DNA of 64,000 nt from Trichinella spiralis. Taxonomy: Eukaryota. Under the pieces are notes generated by a model. That model had not been told where the DNA came from and searched no databases. It worked only from the letters and a program-made list of their open reading frames with translations. A program made the position numbers and the translations under genes. Of the stretch, positions 1-10,971 are shown in pieces; position 1 is the first letter of the stretch, and the number at the start of each line of letters is the position of its first letter. Where the stretch lies: assembly GCF_000181795.1 (NCBI RefSeq), contig NW_003526943.1, positions 8,287,472-8,351,471 on the forward strand, read 5' to 3'.

Positions 1-3000
1 ATTATAATTTCGTGTACAGTCGTACTAAATATATTAAAATAACTTTACGCTATTACTGCCAGATTTATTTAGATACTTTTCTACAAAGAACTATTAATAA
101 TATTAAAAAATTATTCAAAACAGACAGTACAGTACAAAACAAATTCAAACTCAACAGTAGAAGACAGACATTATTACTAACAACACTGTAATATCAATTG
201 CATTTTGAATATCCTTATGTCAAAAAAATCTTCAAATAAAAATGTGGTGCAAAATGGAATATAATATATATGAAAAAATTAATAATTAAACAAAAAATGA
301 AAAAAACAAATAAAAAAAAACAAAGAACAACATAATGATAATTAATATGCCTTGATAGAATGACAATTAATCTGCTAGGTCATCAATTAGGTCAGTATAA
401 ATACATAAAAACAAAAAGGCTCATTATTCGAAAATACAATTATTATTACTTAGTTAAAGTTATAGAAATAAAAATAACAAAACATAATACATTATTATGA
501 AAAGAAATGACTACTTACAGACAGACAATAAAAACGAATAACTTAACGGTAAAAACAAATGACAGTAAGATGCGTGCATTGCAATAAGCGCGAATATGTG
601 ACCTATATAAACTTCAGTAATATATATCATTAACATTACATTTATTTTATAAAATGAACGATTATATAGTTTTCGTTACAACATAATTTTTCTCTGAAAC
701 GAATTTTCTACGAAATATAGTATTACTGTAATTTCACTTTTAATTGAAATAAAAATGTTTATCAAAAATGAACTTTAAAAATTTTTTATCTGTCATAAAA
801 AATATAATTATTAAGTTATAAAGATGAACAGTGCAATGTAACCAATTTTTATTTAAAAAGTTGATTACTGTTTCAAAATACAGTACGTTGAAAATTGAAT
901 GATGTTGAATTATCATCTGTATAATATCACATTGCAGCTCAAGTATAAATAAAGTATATTTTAAATAAAATTTTCTTGTTTTACTGAAAAATAATTTTTT
1001 ATTTCATCATTTTCAAAGTGAGATTGAAAATAAAGTTAGAGATCAACATGCATATTGGACATAAAATATAAATATTTGCATAAGTGATATTATAAACCAT
1101 ATTCAGGTAAATTATAATGATTTTTTCATGTTTTTATACAATTTATTTTGGAAGTATTTTAACAATTTATTTTAATTTTGCAGTTTAACAGGAATAACGA
1201 AAAATTCTTTTTGATTTTGTTAAATTATAAAATAAATTTTCATAAATAAATTTGTAAATAGTCAATGTTTAGCAAACTTTAATTTTTAAAGTTATTTACC
1301 GTTTTACAAAATTCTTAACTGAAACATAAACTTTTGATAGTCAGGTTCTGATATTATGTAGAATATTGTTGTCATACTTTCCTGCATTTTCGTATCGGTT
1401 CATTTAGCGTTGACAGAATCTAGGAATGGCTAACTCGTCTGGAAGGTAATACTTTTTGTTTTTTTTGCATTCCGCATGTAAATTACAGTTCAACATTCGA
1501 TAGAACATAAAATTTTTGCCATGTTGGCAACAGTAATTTGTAGACAGTTTTGGTTTATTTTGTTCACAGTATATAGTGACCGTTTATTCTGAGACTGTGA
1601 ATGTTAGCATCTGTAGGCCATTTTATAAACCTTCTGTTATTTTGCTTCTTCATGTGTTTTCTAGGACCTTCTAATTGTCTTCTGAATTTAAGATTTTTTC
1701 TTCTCAAGCTTTCCTCTCAATTTACTTTGAACAAGTAGTTCCGTTTAAATAAACTTTTTTCTTATTTGGAATTTTTTATGATTAACATTTGTGTTTGCCT
1801 TAATCTTTTCTATAATGTAATATGCATTTCAGCAGAGACGTTCAAGCAACTGTGTTATGGGCACAACGCAGAAGGGTATATCTTTCTCACTGTTTTTTTT
1901 TTTTATTGTCCCCCCCGATCCTCAAGTTGATATTACCGAAGATAAATTTACTTTTCGGTATTATTTTTTTCTTAATCATATTAATCGGTTCATTTCTTAA
2001 TGTATTTTTTAGTGGTATTGGAGGAACTGATAAAACGCCCCACCACTGCGAAATAGAATTTGACGAATAAGTAGATCCTAGTGTAAGTTAAAGTGCGATT
2101 GCTTCAGGTGAAAGTTTTATGTCGATATCACCTATTATTATAGAGCGGTAGTCGCATCAATACCGACCGTCAGATGGAATTTGTCATCAATAATCTTAAC
2201 ACTGACGGTGCCTTCTGGCCTAGACTGATGAAAAACTCAACGAGGACACTGGTGGAGTGAAGAGGATTTTCATAGATGTATAGATGAGAATGATGTATCT
2301 TTAGATGGTGATGCGAACCAAGACTTTGACTACAGCAAATATGCGGCCGGTTTCCACACTTTATCAGGAACACATTTTTGACGCTGTCATAATATTCCTC
2401 AGAATCAAGGAAATCAATGCTACGACGACCTAGCGAATGCAGAGTTTGGGGTATGTGATTTGCACCAATAATGTTCTGTACATACGTCGATGAAATGCTA
2501 TTTAGTAATTGTAGAACTTTAGCGACGCCGATGCATGATGAATTNNNNNNNNNNTCCAGGCAAACAAAATTCCATCAAAGCGATTTCTTTGACGCCGGAT
2601 CACGAGCCGAGCACCATTTCACATTCACCAGCATGAAAATATCAATTTATTACATGAACAAGGGATAAATTATCCTTCGGTATAGGCATAAATTCCAGTA
2701 CTGTTGCCCAATTTCAATTGTACAATGTTGGCGCTTCAAACCGGAACAAACAAACAACCAGCTAAAATTTATGAACCTATTAATTTTACATTTTGTCCAA
2801 ATTTACTGGAAGTGCTTTTTCAATTGTTTGAATACGAAAATTATTGTATGATAATCAAGCTGTATGAAAAATGTAGTGGAGGAGAAAGTTTATTTTCATC
2901 GAAACATTTCAGTTGATGCTCAGAATTTTTGGATAAATCAACTTTCTGATCAATGAGAAGCACGTTTCAGCCAATGTTCAATTTCATAGACGATTGTTAT

Positions 3001-3058
3001 TGTGATTTATTAAATATTATTCATTGGAAAATAAATTCATTGTCATAGCAGTTGATGG

Positions 3059-3063
3059 AAAAA
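3059..3063 (-). terminator. Pol III oligo-T terminator of 5S gene
   Basis: TTTTT lies immediately 3' of the 5S sequence on the minus strand. Confidence 0.85.
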
Positions 3064-3183
3064 TGTCTACGACACTGCGTGTTCCCAGACCGTCTCCGAT
3101 TCTGGTACTGACGTCAGCCCAACGTTGCTTAACTTCGCAGATCGGGCGGGATGCGGTGCTTTCAACGTGGTATGATCGTAGAC
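3064..3183 (-). rRNA. 5S ribosomal RNA
   Basis: Minus strand reads GTCTACGATCATACCACGTTGAAAGCACCGCATCCCGCCCGATCTGCGAAGTTAAGCAACG...GGAGACGGTCTGGGAACACGCAGTGTCGTAGACA. It is 120 nt, the ends pair (GTCTACGA/TCGTAGAC), it has an A-box (AGTTAAGC), and TTTTT follows. Confidence 0.97.
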
Positions 3184-3589
3184 ATTTGCTGAATGAATCA
3201 ACAATCCTTTTAAGACCACAGTGGCCGTAAATACCATTTCCAATATCATCGGTGCAGTTTTGGCACATTTTTTACAATTGGCCTGGTAGAACTTTTTATG
3301 TTATCAATTTCTATTTGGTCACTTCATTGCCAAAACAACTCCAGCCAAACAAATCCCAACAAAGCGATTACTTTGAACGCCGAACACGAGCCGAGCACCA
3401 TTTCACATTCAACAGCATGAAATATCAATTTATTACACTGAACAAGTGATAAATTATCCATCGTATATGCATAAATCCAGTACTGTTGCCAATTTCAATT
3501 GTACAATGTTGGCGCTTCAAACGGAACAAACAAACAAACAGCTAAAATTATGAACTACTAATTTTACATTTTGTCCAAATTTACTGGAA

Positions 3590-4180
3590 NNNNNNNNNNN
3601 NNNNNNNNNNNNNNNNNNNNNNNNNNNNNNNNNNNNNNNNNNNNNNNNNNNNNNNNNNNNNNNNNNNNNNNNNNNNNNNNNNNNNNNNNNNNNNNNNNNN
3701 NNNNNNNNNNNNNNNNNNNNNNNNNNNNNNNNNNNNNNNNNNNNNNNNNNNNNNNNNNNNNNNNNNNNNNNNNNNNNNNNNNNNNNNNNNNNNNNNNNNN
3801 NNNNNNNNNNNNNNNNNNNNNNNNNNNNNNNNNNNNNNNNNNNNNNNNNNNNNNNNNNNNNNNNNNNNNNNNNNNNNNNNNNNNNNNNNNNNNNNNNNNN
3901 NNNNNNNNNNNNNNNNNNNNNNNNNNNNNNNNNNNNNNNNNNNNNNNNNNNNNNNNNNNNNNNNNNNNNNNNNNNNNNNNNNNNNNNNNNNNNNNNNNNN
4001 NNNNNNNNNNNNNNNNNNNNNNNNNNNNNNNNNNNNNNNNNNNNNNNNNNNNNNNNNNNNNNNNNNNNNNNNNNNNNNNNNNNNNNNNNNNNNNNNNNNN
4101 NNNNNNNNNNNNNNNNNNNNNNNNNNNNNNNNNNNNNNNNNNNNNNNNNNNNNNNNNNNNNNNNNNNNNNNNNNNNNNNN
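3590..4180. other. Assembly gap (N run); other gaps at 2545-2554 and 37145-37533
   Basis: Runs of N, each adjoining 5S repeat sequence. Confidence 1.
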
Positions 4181-4224
4181 TGTGGTGGATTCGAGCTAAC
4201 ACGTAACGTCAGCATTAGCGCCCC

Positions 4225-5040
4225 AAGTGCTATCAGGAAACGCTACCGTTGGTGACTTAAGACGGGTAAACAAGGTTTATGCTGAAAAGCAACAACGGCT
4301 TGCCCAATATACGGGTGAATACACCAACGGTAGTCGTACCCTGGAACAGTTCCTGGAAACATTAATGTTACATAACGCCCGGAGCGATTTAATGTCGCCT
4401 TCCAAGTNGGCTAATTGTATTTTATTGTGTTGTGTTGTATTGTATTATATATTTATTGTATTGTATTGTTTTTATTTCATTAGTATTGTATTATTTAGTT
4501 TTTTCCTTTTTCGTTGTTTCCACTTTGTTAATGCCGTGCATTGTTGTTTTTTACTGTTGTTGTTAGTGCTGTTGANNNNNGAAAAATAAAAATCACTGAT
4601 TAACTTATTTTTTGTATAGTTTTTTCTGAATAATTACTATCGCATTTGATATAACGTCACTTTGGTACAATAAAATATAGAATAATACTAAAAATTATTT
4701 TCGGGAATGCTGATCATGAAAAAGTATAAACTTCGCCACAAATAATATATTTAATTAAACAGAATTTCAATGAATGACAAAACTTCAAACAAACAATAAA
4801 ATTTTGGAACAATAAATATTTCCATTTTTTATGTTACGTCACTATTATTAAAGTTACGCAATCCTAAATGGAATATTTAAACCAATGAAATGAAAAAATA
4901 TTACAGCTAATCACAAAAGAAAGATTTGAATCAATGAGCAATTAGACAAGGGAAACCAATAAGACAACGACATGACGGCCCAATAAAATAGCGCGGTCAA
5001 CGACCAATAAGTGACAAGTGGGACCGAACTGGACCAACCC
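4225..5040 (+). mobile_element. 3' end of a MULE-like DNA transposon (transposase C-terminus plus putative right terminus)
   Basis: 4225-4392 encodes QVLSGNATVGDLRRVNKVYAEKQQRLAQYTGEYTNGSRTLEQFLETLM, which I recall as the C-terminus of a multicopy Trichinella MULE-transposase-like family (recollection, not searched). It is followed by a (TATTG)n-like tract and a GC-richer end ...gtgggaccgaactggaccaaccc at 5040. The left part is lost in the gap. Confidence 0.55.
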
Positions 5041-5066
5041 TAAAAAATGTGTAGATGGATGAACAG

Positions 5067-8000
5067 TGCCATCTGTGATTCAAGGACATTAAGTTTGTTT
5101 CAGCGTTGATTTGTATTGTGCAAATTTGATCAATCAAATTGAAAAGAAGTCATTCATGACTTTATTCAGCAGTGCGTTATCTGATACTTTCAATAACAAA
5201 ACTAGATTTATACTACAATTCACAAAATTACAGTTTATCAGTTTTTTTTTATGTGAATAAAATTTTTTCAAACAAAACACTTTTTCATAATAAAAATTGA
5301 GCGATCAAGATACAGTTGAAACATGAATATCATGAAAAATGTTGTGTATCCCATGCACCGAGTGTAATGTACTCAATAGAAATAAGTGGTTCCTACAGTT
5401 GCTGAACGTTCATACCATATATTGCAAACGACTCAAGATTTTTAGAATAATGACATTTGACAAGTGTGTGATATCAAGCATGATGATTCGATGAAGAACT
5501 GTTTGTAAAACGTGCAACTGAATTATGGGAAATCCATTATTCCCATTGTAAGGCAAGAATGCCACTCGTAAAATATAACATGTGAGATGGCCAAATCATT
5601 TGCATGGTGAAAAATGATTCAAATGGAAATATTCAGTTGTGCAAAATATCTCATTATAAATATCATAAAAATAAATATGTACTGCAATATGTTGTTCACA
5701 TAAATAGCAGGAACTTGTCGACAACGCATGGCACTGCTGTTAGTAGACTCTTTAGAAAGTTCTAATTTGCAATTTAGACTTTATTTTTAGATTATGTGCC
5801 TTATTTCAAAATGTATATTTAGCAAACTAAAATTCACTGAAAATATTATTTAGCAATTTTTTATTCAGCACAGTCAATGAGGACGATTTTTCTGTTGTTA
5901 AAAGTTATTGTTTAATTAAACAGTTAACTGTCTGGATTACATTACATTTTATTAGGCAGCATGCATTGTTTTACTACTCACGACAAATTGTAATCAATGA
6001 ACTGTGTCAGATCACAATAACGTATACAATATTTTACAAGTTTTTATGAAAAGCACTATTTATTCAAACGCATCTAGTCACAAAGCACATAATTGATACA
6101 GTGAACCCCCACGTTCCTGAAGTTGCACACTTATATCACTACAGATATTTGCATATATTATATTATGATTTCATAAAAAAAGCTTCAGTTGTTTGTCGAT
6201 GTGCAGTTGTCGTCCTATTTTTCAGCAATGTTTTATTTCCTGTTGCAGATGACAGATGTGTGCAAATAATTTATTGACTTTTTCCCTGACGTTGATTATT
6301 GTAGACAGTAATGTATTCTTGCTTGGGCGAAACAAAAAATTTGAAATATAGCACGGGCATGCAGCATTTTTTGAACAATTAATTTTTGCTGCACACATTT
6401 GTGGATTTATATCAAATAAGAAATACACACCTATGATCTATTGCATATTGGAAAATTATAAAAAGAACTACAGTTGTGCTTTATTATCAACTCACTTCAT
6501 TGTTTCAATTCATTTATAAAATTGTTCAGCGCATAGCAATAATATTCAAGCAGTTATACGTAAATTTCATTCTTACATGGCACGTAAATCTCTTTCAATC
6601 TGCTGAAACAGTCAACCATTTGCATCAGATAAACCAAAGTTATGGCATGATTTGCTTTAAATGCAGCTATAAATAAAACACTGAAAACAATGCCAAAGTC
6701 ATTGAAGACAACCAGTAATTTATGCATATTAATTTTAAATTATTTACAATAAAAATAATATTATTGAATGTGTAATTCCATATAAAAGTGATGCATATAA
6801 AGCGTATGCTAACCTCCTAATAATATAACGTTCAAATGCGCTAACAGTGCAAAATATCATTTATTTTTAGAATGAAGAAAAGCATTATATGGATATAACT
6901 GAAATATATTTGCGTAAAACACAGTTACTTTGAAATTAAAACTAACTTTTTATTACATATTCCAACGAAGTAAACACTGATCAACATTATACAAGGCAGA
7001 GCTTTTATTTCATTCATTATTTTAGCAATATAATTTTGACTGCATATACGTATAATAAAAAATGATTATTGATGCCACTTCCCATTTCTTGAAAAACAAA
7101 CATTGCTTTACAACACCAACAATAAGCAATAATTAAAATACACATTATGTAGGCTCATCTGCGAATTCAAACATTTAATATTTGAGCAAAAACCTACTTT
7201 ACTAATAATCATCAATACATTGGTAGTAAAAACAATAAACTGCAAACATAAAAGTATAATACCATAATTCATAAATAAAGCGATAATTGTTGAACCATTG
7301 TTTGAAAATATAAAATATTTGTTTTGAAAGGCTTTTATTTCATATTTACATTCCATCAAGAGAATATATAAGCATTGAGTACGTGTGAACATATCATACT
7401 TTCCATTAACTACGGAAGAAGATTGAGACAATGATCCTTTTCAAGTGCTTATTTCTCCTTGCATATATAACGGTATGGTTTGCTTTTTTTCCAAATTAAA
7501 ATTAAATAACATAGAAAATAAAAAATTTAATGCAATAAAAGTTCTCTAAAAATAAAAAATTATCATTCTCAAAAGCATAGCATAAGCAAAAATGTGTAAA
7601 TCAAAGTTAAATAATTGCTGAAATGGAAAATAATGATAAGGAATAGCAACTAAAGGCCTTTCTTGTTACAGATATCCCACAACAATGACAGCAATAAGTT
7701 GACTATCACAAAAAATAGGATAATAGCCGAAGAAGGCTAATTTGAAAAATTCCATACTTTCCTGAGACTATAAACAATGTAAATTCAGGCGCAGCTCATT
7801 ATTAAATTGTTTCGCATTCCGCTTCATCATTTATTAGTTGTATGTTGCTACTTCTGAAACAAAAAAAGTTAAATCGTTCAAAGTTAACAATTGCTTTAAT
7901 TTAATTCCACAAATTCTTGGTAAATATTTTTAATTTATGTCGCCATCAAATACTTTACAAAATTAAATGAAAATATTTCAAATTGTTGGAAAACAATTAA

Positions 8001-9847
8001 AAGAATGGCAAAGAAATAAATTAACACAATTTTCATTTTTAGCAAGCTTTTGCCAATTATGAATGTGGCACCCTACCATCCACTTTTCCAAAAAGCGTTA
8101 AAGGAAACAGAATTTCAGGAGGCTCTGTTGCAACACCAAATTCTATACCATATCAAGCAAGATTGGTCTTGGAAAAAGATGGTAATAGAATAAAACTATG
8201 CGGAGGTACTCTTGTAGAATTGAAACCTGGAAATGGGAGTCAGTGGGTACTGACCGCAGCACATTGCACCTACTATGCAGAGTAAGACAATATAATATTG
8301 CTTATATTGTTAAAACTGCAGTTTTGATAACACATTCAACTATATTGATAAATTTTATATCAGATATAGGAGAAATTTTGCCCCAGATAAAGTAGAGGTT
8401 ATTCTTGGTGCCCACAGACCTAATGAAAAAGAAAGCACTCAACATACAGTAGGCGCAAAGCGCATAATTAGCCATCCGCGTTACGATGATGTAGCAACAG
8501 TTTATGACCTCTCTCTAGTGCTTCTTAAAGAATATGTAATTTACAACAATGAAATTCGATCAGCATGCCTGCCTAAAGCGAATGAGCCAGTTCCATTGGA
8601 TGTGCCATGCTTTGCAAGCGGATGGGGATTAACATATCGTACGTTAATGAAATCAACGTATTCAAAAAGCAATAATTTAATAAATGCTGTATTAATAGAC
8701 GGTGGACGTGGTTCGGAGGTTCTGAAAATTGCAGAAATGAAAATATTACCAAAAGATGAATGTAGAATTAAACCAGAAGAGCATGCAATAGTTTTCTGTG
8801 CATTTGGTGTTGACCGCTCTGCAACATGCCAGGTAAGTAATGCAAATATTATTCATTGACATAGATGATATTAATTCATTTTCAATGGTGAATAAAATTT
8901 TATAGGGTGACTCTGGTGGACCATTAGTGTGTTTGATAAACAACAAAGCAACATTGTACGGAATAGTCAGTTTTGGTCCGCCTATGTGCGGAGATGCAAG
9001 ACACTCCGTAAAATTTGCTAAAGTCCCGGCAATGTTGGAATGGGTACAAGATACTGCCCGAAGCATTGACTCTACTGTGCCTGTTGTGTCTCGATTTGAA
9101 CCCAAACCAAGTGAACAAAAAGTTGATCAGAAAGGCACACAACCTAGTCCAAGTAAATTTTATTTTAATTTAGAATTCATTAAATTTTATTTATTCGATT
9201 TGAAATTTCATGGGCAATTTCTTTAAAATTTTTCTTTATTTTTCCTCTTCACAATCTTGCATCTCTTTTGCTTTAATTTGAAAATAATAAACGTAACTGT
9301 GTTTAGGGTTTCTTGAATTTTTGAATACATTTTAGGTGTAACTCCTGGCAGTGTAGATGTTGGACAGAAAGATATTATGAAAGATTTACCGAAAATTCCC
9401 ACCAGAGATAACGTGAAAGATACTCCCAATAATTACAAAGGATCTGACGTATTCAATTTTATACATAGAGATAGTTTTCCTTCTGAATCAAAATTCCCTG
9501 ATTTGGAGCAAATAATGTCAGATTTCATGTCGCCTGGCGCTGGAGGAATGAAAGGTGGAAGCTTTTTCAATTCTCCACGTGTTTTCATAGAAACGAAAAC
9601 CGTTAACCGTCTACCTTCTGTATCAAGAAGTAGAAGTGATGTTGGTAGATTTGGTTTCAATGATCCATCATTCACCTTTTTCCGTTAATCTATATTTAAA
9701 TATTGTGACGTCGTTTTGAGCATTATCTAAATAAATTAAATTTACTAATGTGTTTTTGCTTTGCATTTGGTGATTTTTAGAATTTTGTTACTTTTTTGTA
9801 ATTGCGTTCAGAAAATGATTGATATAACTCATTATATATTATCAAAG
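5067..9847 (+). repeat. Tandem duplication unit 1 (upstream region plus protease gene)
   Basis: Colinear with 10972-15676 starting at tgccatctgtgattcaag. The offset is ~5.9 kb upstream and exactly 5838 bp from exon 2 through the stop codon. Confidence 0.95.
7431..9688 (+). CDS. Secreted S1A (chymotrypsin-fold) serine protease with C-terminal extension, copy 1, 429 aa
   Basis: Exons 7431-7472, 8043-8281, 8364-8638, 8699-8832, 8906-9152 and 9336-9688 join in frame with GT-AG introns (1290 nt). Signal peptide MILFKCLFLLAYITQAFA, activation site R|ISGG, and catalytic motifs TAAHC, YDLSL and GDSGGP are present. It resembles the Trichinella adult-stage serine protease family (recollection). Confidence 0.95.
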
Positions 9848-10971
9848 TTTGATTGTAGTGAATATATTTTTGTTTTTCGAATATTATTATATACATTATT
9901 ATTTTGCAATAAAATTTATAAAAATTCATATGCAAAATGAATTTTATATGTATGGTGAGATAAAGAAGACTAAGAGTTGCTCCGTTATAGATATTAATGC
10001 AAGATCAAATTAGGCGGTAAGAATTCAATTATTATCCTTATAAAGATGAATTAGGGAAAATATTGTTAGTTCAAAATTATCTTCCAGGTATCATTAATTT
10101 TGCTTGATTTATCAGTAAAAAAGAAGGCTATTCGAAAAAATTGCTCTTCAGTATAATCCTAAATTCAATTCCCTTACTATTAGAAGATACAAAAATTGTG
10201 CATGCATTGAAACAAGTTATCCATTTTACATAACTTTACTTACAGTTACTTTAACAATGTTTAAATTTTGTATCTGCAAAACATTTTGAAAATGTACTTG
10301 TTGCAAATCGATATCAAACAACTTTATGATCAGATGTAAATTTTATTTTACCTTATCTGTAATAGAAAGAAACTTGATACGCCTGATTCTGAAAATCTGG
10401 GTTCTTTAATTGAAGAAAATCTATATAGAGAAGAAGAAAAAAGAATTGAAAAGGTGGTTTTTTTAATTTGTCAATGATTTCATGGATGTATTTTTTCATT
10501 TAATGTCACTGTTAATCAAATTTGCTTTCTGTAAAAAAATAAACACTGCTTTATTTTATTTTCCCATGCATCTCAACAGTGCATGATCGCAATATTTTGT
10601 TTTAATAACGAAATACGTTGAATGTCCTGCAGTTTTTAATTATATTAATAAACACAGTTATTGCTTTAATATTATTCGATATTAAGAAATTGAAATAGAT
10701 ATAATTTAAATAATGGCTTGAATAGAATCTATAAACAAGTTTCGAATATGATTATTTTATATGAACATCTAGTGTTTAAAATGAATCTAATGAATTTACT
10801 AAACATTAATAATATGAATTAAAGTACCATATTTTCACATTTACTAAAGAAAACGATCATCTGAAGTATATAAATGTTGAACGTTTAATGAAAATGTTTA
10901 CACAATGAGATAATCGTTGTAATTAGCCGTTCAGATCACTGTTGAGCAATGTAATAAAATGACAAAGAAGA

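Larger units (their letters stand above)
2555..3589 (-). repeat. 5S rDNA tandem repeat, locus 1 (~780 bp unit, about 1.3 units visible, bounded by N gaps)
   Basis: Spacer motif ccgagcaccatttcacattc occurs at ~2607 and ~3391, giving a period of ~780 bp. The whole unit recurs almost identically at 36302-37144. Confidence 0.9.

Noticed and set aside
2555..2800. Apparently divergent variant of the 5S spacer
   Set aside because: Differences are mostly 1-nt indels next to an N run, typical of a low-quality read end.
3017..3449. ORFs of 60-83 aa duplicated at 36537-36969
   Set aside because: They are chance frames across the 5S gene and spacer.
3517..4215. Long ORFs spanning N runs (also 37037-37662)
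   Set aside because: Artefacts of assembly gaps.
4181..4224. Short sequence after the gap (tgtggtggattc...) sharing gtcagcattagcg with the minus strand of the GC island
   Set aside because: It resembles a cloning polylinker (TGTGGTGGAATTC) at a contig edge, and a 13-nt match is too weak to link the two regions.
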